DNA of 52,793 nucleotides, the filler included, from Catajapyx aquilonaris (lineage: Eukaryota): the NCBI GenBank assembly GCA_000934665.2. It is 3 parts of 3 records of this genome, joined end to end, with 100 filler letters (N's around TTAATTAATTAA, not from the genome) between each part and the next. Parts side by side here need not be neighbours in the genome. Positions count along the whole stretch, not along the records: positions 35,271 to 52,793 come from JYFJ02006923.1; 2 more parts are not named here. One strand, given 5' to 3'. Position 1 is the stretch's first letter. Each line of letters starts with the position of its first letter. Below, piece by piece: positions 35,271 through 47,715 of the stretch. Under the pieces are notes generated by a model. That model saw only the letters and a list, made by a program, of their open reading frames with translations, did not search any database and was not told the DNA's origin. The position numbers and the translations under genes are program-made.

Positions 35271-35655
35271 TTAATTAAAATGGTTTGTGCAATTATTACT
35301 GTGTTTAAAATGGTTTATGTGATAATATACCTATTTAAAATAAATTGTTTATGCAATTATTTACCTACTTAAAATAAATTGTTTATGCAATTATTTACCT
35401 ACTTAAAATAAATTGTTATGCAATTATTTACCCATTTAAAATAAATTGTTATGCAATTATTTACCCATGTTTAAAATGTTAATGCAATGATTTATGTAAA
35501 ATATGTTAATGCAATTATTTATTTAAAATAGCTTATGAAATAATTTTCAATAAAATATATTTATGCGATGATATATCATGTGATTTATTTAAAATAGCTT
35601 ATGTAATAATTTTTAATAAAATATATTTATGCGATGATATATCTTGTGATTTATA
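35271..35655. repeat. AT-rich minisatellites (~34-bp and ~70-bp units)
   Basis: Tandem ttaaaataaattgtttatgcaattatttacctac; then two copies of atttatttaaaatagcttatg...gcgatgatatatc. Confidence 0.8.
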
Positions 35656-37861
35656 ATGAAATAGCAGGTGATGTAGGAACGCAAAATTATAAGTTTTCTC
35701 CATCGCATGATGCAATTACTTGTAGGCCTACATACAACATTTCCCGCAATCATTATTGTTTTTAAAATTATTAAAGATGGATGACTCTGTACTTACAGTA
35801 GAGGCCATGCTGGATGCTGGATGTACTCGGCAGGAGACAAGGCAGAGAACTGATGACTTATGAGCTCAGACCACAACCTTTTTATACTCATAATGAGCAA
35901 TACTGTAGGGTTGGGTTGAAAAGGACGTCATACTTTATTTCTCCACATGGAGGAAAGGAAAGTGCCTTGTTGACTTCCGTCCCCTGCATGCTCCCACACC
36001 CTCATTATTTTTATTCCATCCCCCCAGGATCTCACAAATGAGTGGCTCTCGATCCGTGGATGTAACACTAGCAGCACTCGTTATAATATGAAGAGCGTGA
36101 CAGGCAGACTGTAGGAAATAGTAGAGTACTTGCTTTCTCTACGCTACACTGATTTTTTTTTTTTCCTTCTTATTTCACTCGTCGTCACCTTATGGAAATG
36201 GGGTCGAACACTTCAAGGCATGATATACCAGGAAGGAAGTCAACAATCCTTGTACTTTTTTTTTGACGCAATAATAATAATAATTGTTCAGTTACGGAGG
36301 TGGATCCTGCAACAGTCATTAGGAAGTCTTTGCGCTAGATTATTATTCGCACATTTTCAGCTCGGTTGGATGTAACACCATTAGGAGCAATGCGTTTGCA
36401 CAATATTATATTAGCCCCATTTACCAGGGGGAAGTACGAAATTGTTCAGTGTTGTGATTAATTATTTTTTTGTTGTAATTTATTTTTATTAATCAAATAA
36501 ATAAGATATTTGTCGACATTTCAAATTTTGTGAAATAATAATCTATCAATTATTATTAATAGTCTATTAAGAAAATAATAATAAATTATAACAGTAGCGT
36601 TAATTATATCAATTAATAATGGTTTTGTTCATATTAACTCCTAATCTATTAAAATAATAAATAACAAACTATTAATTAACAACACCAAACTGTTAACTAA
36701 CGGCAACACCGAACGATTAATTAATAAAATATTAATACAATATTAATTACTAATCGATTTGTTAATGTTAATTACTAATATATTAAAATAATAAATAATA
36801 GCAGAAATGATAAATAATAACATATTCAGAAATAATAAATAACGATCTATTAATTAACAATACCAAACTAATAATAAACCCAAATATAATTTATATTAAT
36901 TAATGGCCTTATTAACATTAATTGATAATTTATTAAAATAATAAATAACCTACTTAGTTAATAATAAATAACACTTTATTAGATTAACAGCTTGTAAGTA
37001 TCTCAAATTATGAATAAGTTACAATAATCGTAGGTAAAACAAACAAATAAAATAGTCAGTCTCTTATGACGGATTGTGCAAAAGCAAATAAAAAGACGAA
37101 TAGATTAAGTGCGATACTTACAACACGCAATCGAGCCTCTGCTCTGATTGGACTCCGGGCACACTTACAGGAAGTGGCAGTAAAATTATAACCGAACAAA
37201 AACAGAGCTAAAAATATGCCGGTACAAAAATTGTGCTGAAAGCAACACCACATTGAACATTACAAAAGGTATTGTGGCACATTGTTGTATATTGTATTGT
37301 AGCGGGCAAAAAACATTTAATTAATAATTTTAAAACTTTCTTTTTTGTGCATAATAAATTTTAAAAAAAATTAATAAAGAACACGGTTTACTCCCTTTTC
37401 GTGCAAGGAAAAATATTTGCATGTACTAACTATTTTTATTTTTTTTTAAATGATTATTTTAAAGGACATTTTCATTTACGTTTTTTGGGGGGGAAATGAA
37501 ATTGCACCTTTTCCACTATTGTCATGAAGTGCAGTGTACACTGTACAGGCGAGTAACTTTACGATCACTCTCGCCACGTGTAGTGCAGAAAATCATTCAG
37601 GTAATTAGAAATTAATGCCACTCTCTCCCATGATGTGACAATTATGTATAAATAAAAATTAAAGATGTTACCTTATTAAATAACCTCCTAAGCATTCCGA
37701 GTATAGTTATGCTACTCCTGACTTGCGCGGCTTCCATATATTGCGCTTCGTCAGAGTGTCCAGATGGTCATGACCCAAAACTTTTTCCTGCATACCCAAA
37801 ACCTCCCTGTATGACCGAAAGGCTTCGTCGTAATATTTCCTTGATTCCATAGCACCATGTA

Positions 37862-38029
37862 GGGTGAGCCAGCAGCATCTCACAGACCCCGACGAGGTAG
37901 GGAGCCCTCGCAGCCAAAATGAGTGTGGGTCCGGCGAAGGAAATCACTTCGGATGTTGACATCTTCACCTTGTCCGAGGAACAATTATTCCACCATCTTG
38001 AAATCACCTCCTTGTCCGGATAGTTTCAT
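37862..38029 (-). pseudogene. Degenerate ankyrin-repeat coding fragment, divergent from AAGAB
   Basis: GDFKMVE*LFLGQGEDVNIRSDFLRRT / frameshift / LILAARAPYLVGVCEMLLAHP resembles consecutive ankyrin repeats; one stop and one frameshift. Confidence 0.45.
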
Positions 38030-38249
38030 TAAAATTTAAATCTGGCGCCAGTTCGGTCCATTTGTCCCGTTCCTTTGGTCCAGCCAAGTAACAGCTATGC
38101 TACATTAAGCACCCAATCCGATTTTGGTTCGAACACGGGAACTAGAGATGGCGGAACGGACCGATTCGTAGAAAAATCAAGATCGAACGTTTTCTCAAAG
38201 TTTTAATTAGGTATTGATGAGTAATTAGCGTTGGTAATTAGTGGCGACG

Positions 38250-40969
38250 ATGGCTGCTGTTGTGGACCCTTCGTGTTACCTGCCCTCGGTGGTGGTGGCC
38301 AGCTGCAAAGGAGAAGGGGAAGCCTGGGAGCTGGCTAGGTGTAAGTAGGAAACACACACACTTTGGAATATCTCACATACATATAGTACATTACATACAT
38401 TTTAATTGCAGTGATTCTGGGCACTGAGGAGTTACCCGAGTGGGTCCAGTACCCTGAGGGCATCAGGGCGTACCCGTGGGCCATAGAGACCAAGTACTAC
38501 TCGGCCGAGGCCCACATCTGCTGCCTTCCACGCAAGAGCATCGTGGATCAGACCTTTGCGGACGGGGTTCAAGGCGTGGTCATTCTGATGGACGCGCTGA
38601 AGGGGAAGGAGGCGCTGGAGGAAGCGGATCAGTGGATGGCCTTCCTGAAGGAGTTTCAGGCCCAGGTGCTCATCCTCGCTTGCGACAGGTGCGCAGGATC
38701 GTCATCGGAGGAGGAGGACGGAGGGAGGGTCACCAAGCTTGCGGGTGAGGATCCAGCCATCAAGTTACATGGGAGACCAGCTGCAGAAAAACTGTCGCTG
38801 CGGAAAACATGACCTGGACAAACAAACAAACCGCATTTCTGCCGTCAGATGTAAGAAGACCGTAACTCAAAAACCAGTAAGGGCGAAAGTCGCATGCATG
38901 CGACTTTCACCCTTACTAGTTTTTGAGTTATGGTCTTCTTACTTCTGACGACAGATTTCACACCCATTTCGTGCTCACACGTAGGACAAACAAATGAACT
39001 TTGCCTTGTATATTCAAGCGCACTCGCATTGGGCAAATAAACAAACTACATTTTATACCCGGTCGTGCAGACATAAGGGCTACCAGAGTCGGTGGTTCAG
39101 TTTGGTGCACCACAGACTTGACATGACCCCAAAGAAAATAATCAAGTGGGGTCAAGTCAGTCCTCTACATAAAATGACTGAAAATAGTTACGTTAAAAAT
39201 GGCAGCCGTGAATCCAATATATGTATAGAGAGCCTTAGTGAAACCATTAGCTCTGGGTAAAACATACAACCCAAATCATTCCGAGTCAATTTTGTTTGGT
39301 CTAGGAAGTTATTCAAAACGAATGTGTCCTCTACATGAAACGGCGGAAAAATATTATTTTAAAAATGGTGAGCATTCAGTGTAAGATACCGCCCTTTTTA
39401 AAATAACTATTTTCAGTCATTTTATGTAGAGGACACATTTATTTTCAATGGCTTCCTTGACCGAATAAAATTGTCTTGGGATGATTTCGGCTGTATGTTT
39501 TTTACTATGGCTCTCTATATATCAGGGATGTGAACCGAACCAAACCCTTGCTCCATGAACCAGATAACATCAGAGCTGCTCCGGAGCAGTAGAGCCAGGT
39601 CCGGAGCGAGTGTCGGAGCTTGGTTCGGGTTCGAGCCGGTTCAGGAGCAGAGTGAAGCCAAGGTCGGAGCCATGGGCATTTTTGTATGTTACAATAATGC
39701 AGGGTTGTGAACCGAACCGAACCCTTGCCCCGTGAACCCGATAACAGCGAACCCCGTTCCGACGCTCGCTCCGGACTCGACTCTACTGCTCCGGAGCGGG
39801 TTCGCTGTTATCGGGTTCACGGAGCAAGGGTTTGGTTCGGTTCACAACCCTGCATTATTGTAACATACAAAAATGCCCATGGCAAAAAAAATGTAACATT
39901 TGCAGTACACCCTGTATCCAGTGTGCTTGGAAATGTCATTCTGCCAGCATGAAAACATCATGCATACGTTGGAGTAAATCCACCGGTTTTTCTGCCTTTC
40001 CACCCGTTGAGTTGGTATGTATGACCTAACCAAGCTGTGACCCGCTCTGAACCCACTCCGGAACTGGGTTCAGCTCCGGAGCCGTTGGTCTGAACCAAAC
40101 TCCGGAGCAAGCTGGCAAGCTCCCAACCAAACTCCGGACCCACTCCGACCTCGACTCCACTCTGCTCCTGAACCCGCTCGAACCCGAACCAAACTATTAA
40201 ATTATACCCCCGAAATTAACAATGGACAAACAAACAAACCATTTATGCCCATTTTGTGCTCACATATTGGACAAACAAACAAACTTTGCCTTTTTTTCTA
40301 TGTGTAGTTATTGCAAGGAACATTACAATTTCAGCCCAGCAGTGGTGCCTTCAGCATGGGTTTGAGCTGGTGGAGATTAACCCGGCGGATGAGGCGGACG
40401 GGAATGAGTCGGACGAAGAGGACGACTTCCCGGAGACAACTGGTGTCAAGCGCATTGTTCAGGCGCTGCATGCTCACATGTGGCCCAACCTAGTCATGAA
40501 AGGTACTTGATGTTTTTTGTTTTATTTTTGGAGGTTGGCCGGGTTGACGTTCAGACTTGTTTCAGAGTCTCGTCAGGCTATGTCACAGAAGCTGCAGGAT
40601 ATGATACGGTTGGAGCAGGCGGACCTCCCGAGGGAAGAGGAGGAACAACCGGAAGCGTCTGGTGGCAGCCCGGATGAGGGATACTTCCGGTTGGATCATG
40701 AGGATGAACCGTCTCCTGGCCAATCCTTGGATGCCCTGATAGACGAGGTGGTGAATGTGGATGCGGACGCTTCGTTCGAGGAGCTCTTCAGCCAGTTCCG
40801 GGAGATGAAGATGCGGGCACAGTCCCTTCCGCATGAGCAGAGGAAGGAGTATGCTGAGAAAGTGGCCACCGCTTTCTGGCATGCTATCGGAGGATGTGAG
40901 GAAGAGGATGGCGACTTGAGTGAGGAGGAAAGGGACAGGGGGGATGGAGATACGTCTCCAACTCGGTAA
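38250..40969 (+). CDS. AAGAB: Alpha- and gamma-adaptin-binding protein p34; exons 38250-38340, 38412-38744, 40335-40502, 40566-40969
   Basis: [72 protein letters not shown]...[23 protein letters not shown]; three GT-AG phase-1 introns join in frame. Confidence 0.93.
38838..38955. repeat. Loop-less palindrome in AAGAB intron 2
   Basis: cgtcagatgtaagaagacc...aaagtcgcat|gc|atgcgacttt...ggtcttcttacttctgacg; ~55-bp arms with a few mismatches. Confidence 0.85.
39070..39510 (-). mobile_element. Tc1/mariner transposase remnant with adjacent inverted-repeat element
   Basis: [21 protein letters not shown]; tcctctacataaaatgactgaaaatagtta (39162) is inverted at ~39405-39433. Confidence 0.55.
39669..39883. 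mobile_element. hAT-like MITE ends (CAGGGTTGTGAACCGAACC) in a hairpin with inverted flanks
   Basis: Core 39700-39852; the 31-bp flanks are perfect reverse complements; related fragments at 39523-39670 and 40035-40195. Confidence 0.7.
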
Positions 40970-41457
40970 AACAAAATGTGAGAGAAGTAGGCAGACAATA
41001 TTGTGTCATCCCAGCAGTTGAGGGGGTGGAAAAGAGTGATCAGAACACATCGGATATGATCCTATGCGGTTCAAATGGTGCTGTAAGGAGTTAAATGTTG
41101 TCCCTTCTGTACATGCAGCCACATCATTCCATTGCTAAATGTTACCTTAAAGGGCAAATAAGGTTTAATTTCAGGTGGCATGAGTATTTTGCGATTGGAT
41201 CCTGTTTCGTTCGTGTTTTTAGCTGTTATTAATTGCTGACTGGGCAACTAAGGACAACGAAAAAGCATCATTGGATCATCCGATCGTGAAACTTGCTCTG
41301 CGTATTTCCCTGTAGGTTCTGTAATTATATAAAGGCTGACTGAAACTATACGACAGGCAAAAAGATTGTCATAACTGTTTATTTGTGTATGTGTTTATGT
41401 GTTGGTAATTCTGGGCGCTGCTCGGTTACCGCGGTTGTTTATTTGGGTCAACATGCC

Positions 41458-41889
41458 ACCTTTAGGCAAGGCTATTTCTACACCAGGTTCCGCTATCTAA
41501 TGTAAATCGTCTGGCGCGCTTCCGTTGCATGCCGCTCGAGGCGCTGATGCCAGCCGCGGGGGGAAACTGCCGCTCACCGCTATGCATATGCTTACGTTTT
41601 CATTTAATATTTGCATGCAAAAAATGTATACGTTGAATCCGGATATAACATCCTCGGCTACAACCGATCCTTGGTTATAGCAGACTGGTCCCGCCATACT
41701 CACGTACTCTATGGCCTGTGTATTTAGCTATAACAGACTCGGTTTATTACAGCAGGCTGATTTGCGCGGTTCTTTGATATCCGAGTCTTACGTAGTTTTT
41801 TTGGGGCAATGATTAAAGACCGTTATTGGAAATATCATCCCCTAAAAGACTCAAGGAGCCATATCGCGAGGTATCCATTATTATTATTG

Positions 41890-41924
<35 letters not shown>

Positions 41925-42292
41925 TGTTGTTGTTGTTAGCACAAGTGGTTACCAGATGTCCCGGATTGTCCGGAATATCCACCCATTGTCCCGGATTCTT
42001 TCAGGGGTCATTCGAGATACCAAATTGTCCCGGATTACGGCAAATTGTCACGGTTATAGCAGGACTATGTTAGTATACAGTAGTATATGACTGTAACAGT
42101 ACAACATTTGATTACTTGAATGATGTATCTGGGACGGCTCAAACCAGTAGCCTATAACATCTCATTACAGTGGCAAAAATAAGTAGTTATATAATGGTAC
42201 ACCTGCGATGGTCTCCATCATCACCGACAGATCACTTCTTAGTGTTTGCTCCCCTAATAAAAAGGTCCAATAAAGCATATCATGGGATATCC

Positions 42293-42374
<82 letters not shown>

Positions 42375-42791
42375 GATACCTCGCGACATGGCTCCTTGAG
42401 TCTTTTAGGGGATGATATTTCCAATAACGGTCTTTAATCACTGCCCGAAAAAAACTACATAAGACTCGGATATCAAAGAACTGCGCAAATCAGTCTGCTG
42501 TAATAAACCGAGTCTGTTGTAGCTAAATACACAGGCCATAGAGTACGTGAGTATGGCGGGACCAGTCTGCTATAACCAAGGATCGCTTGTAGCTGAGGAT
42601 GTTATATCCGGATTCAACGTATACATTTTTTGCATGCAAATATTAAATGAAAACGTAAGCATATGCATAGGGGTGAGTGGCAGTTTCCCCCCGCGGCTGG
42701 CATCAGCGCCTCGAACGGAAGCGTGCCAAGCGGCCCCATAAGGAACCCTTCTGACTACGGAACCTGGTGTAGAAATAGCCTTGCTTTAGGT
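41458..42791. repeat. Large inverted duplication (~450-bp arms) downstream of AAGAB
   Basis: 41458-~41918 is the reverse complement of ~42340-42791 with scattered substitutions; both arms end inward in (ATT/AAT)n. Confidence 0.9.
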
Positions 42792-43744
42792 CAAGGGGGC
42801 CATGAGAATGACCGCCCAATTTGAATATTTCGACTTGCACTTCAGAAACATAAAAATAATACGTCCTGCACAGCTGATTCGACAAAATGTGTCGAGTCTA
42901 AAACACCTACAGGTAGGCCTACACAGGTACACGACGATGCTTGGCGCGCTAGTAATTACTGGACTTGTGTGGTTACAATCCTTTGACGATGCAGAATTAC
43001 CTCCTCTGTGCCACTACCATAAATCTCTCAAGTCAGGTTGCCTGTTCTTTCAGCATGTAACAACGAGTACTCCTCCACAGTTACGAGATGGAACAAGTCA
43101 AGCGCTGTTCAAATCAATGTGGGCAAATTTTGAGTATTTTTCCATAGAGATTGGAAAAGGTGTTTCCGGAAGAAGCCAGTTTTGTGCTGATCAATTTTGT
43201 ATTTCTGATGTAGTTAATGGATGGGTTGGCTTTGTGATCGTCGGAGTCATGGACACGGATGAACCTAGTCCATTAAAAAAATATATATATATATATATTA
43301 ATTCTCTCTCTCTCCGGACATCAACCTTGCTGAATGACTGACTGGAAACTTACCGAACACTGGCACATTGTTTAACAGTTTAACAGTTAACAGGTAATAC
43401 CAGCTGACTGAATTTAGCAGTTAGTTTTAACTGCTACGCTAATTTCGTCACAACAGTAGGCCCTCTGATTTCAAACTGGGGGGGGGTCATTGCTTGTCCA
43501 GACGTGGGGCGGTTCGGACCTAGTGGAAGGTGCCCACCCACCCAGTTTGATGAAGGGTTGAGTCGTGGTTGGCATCAGAGTGCTACGACCTGTACGAGTA
43601 ACACAGAAAGAGACCAGTCCGTATGTACGTGCATCTATAAGGTATGCCCTCACTTTTTTGGTAGTTGGGTGACCTCGATGAACCTCCATTTGGTACGCTC
43701 CATTTGGCGTTTCCCCCCATTTGGACTCGATGCATCACGCATGT

Positions 43745-44099
43745 CAATATAGTCAACAGGGAATAATGTAAGAGTACAGGGTGTCTAAGGGCCACCCTAT
43801 TTAAGTGTGTGCCTATTCATGACAAGTCATTTTCTTGAATCTGAGAATTTCCTGCAATTATTTTGAGGTATTTTTGGGGGGTGTCCACATATCCCATTGT
43901 TACATGGATTGTTGCTTGTCGTCTTGTTTTCAATAGTCAACTGGGAATCATGACAGTGTCCGAGTACAGGGTGTCTAAGGGCCACCCTATTTAAGTGTGT
44001 GCCTATTTATGACAAGTCATTTTCTTGAATCTGCTGAGAATTTCCTGCAATTATTTTGAGGTATTTTTGGGGGGTGTCCACATATCCCATTGTTACATG
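43745..44099 (+). repeat. Tandem duplication (~190-bp unit)
   Basis: gagtacagggtgtctaagggccaccctatttaag...cccattgttacatg occurs twice, near identical. Confidence 0.9.
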
Positions 44100-46746
44100 T
44101 GAATGTGGCAATTTGAACTTCATTTGACTATATGGTCAATCCCACTCCTGGATGTCTCTTTACGTTACGAGCGATTATAATGCCGCAAGACCAATGATGC
44201 TATTCATTCACTTGCACAATATATGGATTGTTTTCACCGTTATATGCTATAGACGTATGCAGGTTATGAGTGCTGAATTTTCACAACAGCAGCAATGGCT
44301 GAATGTGTTGCTAAGAGGAACACTGGTCCACCCCTTGAATCCTGGCCCTTCTCTTACCCCAATAGCTTTCTCCACCTTGTGTCTCCCGTGACCCCGAAGA
44401 GCTATGCCGGCGGTAGCTTAGTCTACTGGCAGGGTTTCCCAAGCCGGACAGGTCTTTGGGGTAGGAGGTATTCCTTCTCTCCTTCCTGGTCCTTTTCCTG
44501 TCTTTGGACATCCTTGACAGCCAAGTAGCCTGAGTTGCTTCTGCTCTTGCAGTTTTTTTAAGCGAGTAGTTCCCAACATGATTTCCTTCAGTTGGCATAA
44601 GTTTGTGAAAATCCATATAACTCTCGGGGATTTTCAAGCAAGTCACTTGCAAGGATGATGATTATGAGATTGGCAGTAGTTACTCCCCAGCTAAATAAGG
44701 TTCATTCATGTATTTTGTCTACTGGCCTGAGCTGTGGTGCAGCCAGTGCCATTTGATTAACCTCAGACACCAATCTATGGCTGTCTTTCACATTTCGTTG
44801 TTACTACCTGTGAGGGCAGTCCTAGGTCCTAGGATGTATTCAAAGAGGAGTGATTACTTGCACATTGCAAGTGCTTTTCATCCCAAGTGAACAGATGAGG
44901 AAGCATCCACACGCGAATCTTACCCCGCCCCACCAACTTCCACGTAAGTCTCGTCCATGAACACCACATTCCTCCAATCTTGAGCTGTATGGGCACACGG
45001 ACAATCGTATCACCAGAAATTCATAAATAGGTCTTTCATGACCACAAATAAAATGCCGAGTATTTTTGCCAACAACTGAATTATCAAGCACCAACATTGT
45101 TGTTGATAATCCACTTGAGAACAGCAATCAGCTTGGATGCTTGTAATCTTGCAAAAATACTTAGTTGTCTGCTGTTTCAAGCAATTATCGCAGTAGTCTA
45201 ACCTATAAAAACATCAACAATAGAGAGAAGGCAATTAAAATGTCGCCTCTAATAATGAAGTGAGCATGATTAAGAGTGAAAACTTGTTAAAAGTCTTGAG
45301 TACGAGTACATATTATATCGTCAGGAACACCCTTTTGAGGTGCGTTAGTGTAGGCAAAGCAGCAACGACGGAGGTGGTCAGACACTGTCTTGGCGACACT
45401 GGCGACGATGTCTTCCAGCTGCTTGTGCCCGAATCTGGTTCAAGGTGATGGTCTTGCCGGCCATCTTCTTGCACTTGAATGTACCCTGGACATTTGGAAT
45501 CACAATGAGCGGGTGCAGAAGACCAGCCTGGATTATGCCCTGAATGTGTGATCAGTGTTTCTTCAAAATTCGGGTAGCCTCTCCCTGTCTTGCTCTCTGA
45601 CTTGGTACAAACGAAACATCCAACTCTGATAATGTGTCCCTTTGTATCTGATTTCCTTGCAAATGAAAACAGTATGAGTTTCAGCATGACCTAGCAAGAT
45701 AAGTTATTTGTTTCTCTCTTGGAAACAGGCAATCCCTGCTCGACAGTTCCCCAGTACGTTCATTCATGGTTATCAATTGCACATACAAGCAAACACCGAC
45801 TCCTTAATAAGCAGCTGCCATCCCCAATTCTTCAACTTGAGGCCCTGGCAATAATTCTTCATGTCAGGTGTATATCTCAATCATTCACTTATTACAATAT
45901 CATGCATACTTACACCTACCTAAGTGTATATAAGCTCGCCTGGGAATTTCAAACTTTGCTGAAGGTTATTAGTCCGTTATTGACTAAATCTCATTGCGAC
46001 CGGGATGCACCGCAAGCACTGTAGCTACTTTTCACTAGAGGTTGTTTAAATAATGTAGTATGCAGTTTTTTTTAACAAAAAATAGCTTTTGGATGCAGTT
46101 TATAGTTATGAAAAATATTTTTCCATTACCTGTGTACATGAAACTAATGAGGCCTCTCAGGACATCTGGCTGTATGTCCCTTATAGGGAAATGTCGTGAT
46201 GGTGTTGTTGTTGTTGTTATGTAATTCTATACAGAAGACAATTAAATAGCAGTGTGTGAACCTGATTCATTTGGCTAACTGACTGTATATCTAATTGAGA
46301 TCATGACGTAACGTCCGAGTAGAGTGTGTCTGAAGGTGACCTCAGCTGAGTCGGTGTCTGTCACTTGAATGTACGAGTATATTATTTAAGGGTTGCTTTC
46401 ACGTATATTACTGTCCATGAGGCATGACATTGCCCACTCTAACCCACTCTTGGACTGGAACTTCCAACTAAAAAGACAGAACTTGTAAAATATTGTTGAC
46501 AGGTGTCCTTCCTTCGCTGCCAGATGGAGAGTTGTTCTGCCCAAATTTTATTTTCCTGTTGGAAGGCCACTCTTTCCCCACCTCATCTAATTACTGCTAA
46601 GCCAGCAAAGTGGAGTCTTCTCAGTCCATGCCAATAATAGTTAAATAATAATGGTCCTATTTATTTTAAGAAGTCACGTTATTGCACTTTTGTCCTTGTT
46701 AAGGCAACTTACAATATTCCTCCTGGACAGTGCAGTGGTTTCATGC

Positions 46747-47193
46747 TCACGAGTCGATCCCACTGCTGTTGTCGTCGCTGTCTACTTCGATGTCTTCTTC
46801 TGATTCCTGGTCATCCTGCACACGATGTCTCTCTTGCAATGCATGGTAAAATTCGGCATTGGAAGGCGTGCGCGAAAATTTTGTTAAGGCCATGACATCT
46901 TTCATTTTGGCAGGTTTGATGAGAGACATTCCAGGAGCATTTGGCACCAGAGTCAACTCGGTTGGAAGTCGGATTTTAGCATTTTAGGTATACATGGTAG
47001 CGCTCCCACCTCCAATATCATGGATGCCAAATTGGCGACTGTAGAAGACCTGGGTAGTTGTAACATTGGGCATTGGCAAATTTTTCATATAATCAAATGC
47101 GATTGCAAACTCCTGTGTGCTTTGCTGGCATCTGGCCTTGATATTCCTTTTCATGTCATGAAAAGCCTCAGCGCTAGTGTGATGCAGGCGCAA
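46747..47193 (-). pseudogene. Sola-like transposase fragments (internally deleted)
   Basis: FAIAFDYMKNLPMPNVTTTQVFYSRQ/FGIHD...MYT and C-terminal IKPAKMKDVMALTKF...AEFY with acidic tail. Confidence 0.6.
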
Positions 47194-47424
47194 TATTATT
47201 CCATACCCAGTTGCTGCCGTTGTGCTGGATCCTGGCTGCTCTTTATTTCCCCCTGAAGGGTGTCACATGTGTCAGAGCGTGGATATGCGAAGGAGACATT
47301 GAATTTGGTAGTAAATACATTGTAATACACCTTGTAGGTAACTTGACGGTAAAAGCCAAATCAAGAATCATCATTTTCAGGAAACAAAATCAAATTAAAG
47401 AACTGCACTGTGAACTACACAACA

Positions 47425-47590
47425 GCATTTACATGTGAGCGATTTGCCAATAAGCGATAGCATTGCTCAGTAACCCGAGTAACCAATCTTGCTTGAGGTG
47501 ATCAAGTAACGATCAATTTTCGCCTCGAGCAGTACCGGTTACTTGGCGAAGACTTCGCTCTTCAAATCGCTTGCATGTAAGCGGGGCTTT
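47425..47590. mobile_element. Second copy of the Harbinger-like MITE
   Basis: gcatttacatgtgagcgattt...aaatcgcttgcatgtaagc; interior homologous to 17001-17173. Confidence 0.6.
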
Positions 47591-47715
47591 CATGTAGTTC
47601 ACAATAGTATGTCTTTAGTTTTTGATTACTAGAAATGCTGCTAGGCTTTTTATAACACCAAGTAGAACTGGTTAGTACACATAAAAAAATGATTTGCAGA
47701 GATATTGAAACTTAC

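Noticed and set aside
36440..37055. Extremely AT-rich stretch resembling an organellar control region
   Set aside because: No tRNA/rRNA or mitochondrial coding signal; degenerate low-complexity repeats
45313..45687. Possible FLYWCH/MULE transposase N-terminal remnant; weak Sola-like motifs at ~44440-45130
   Set aside because: Only scattered motif resemblance; too degraded to call without an HMM search
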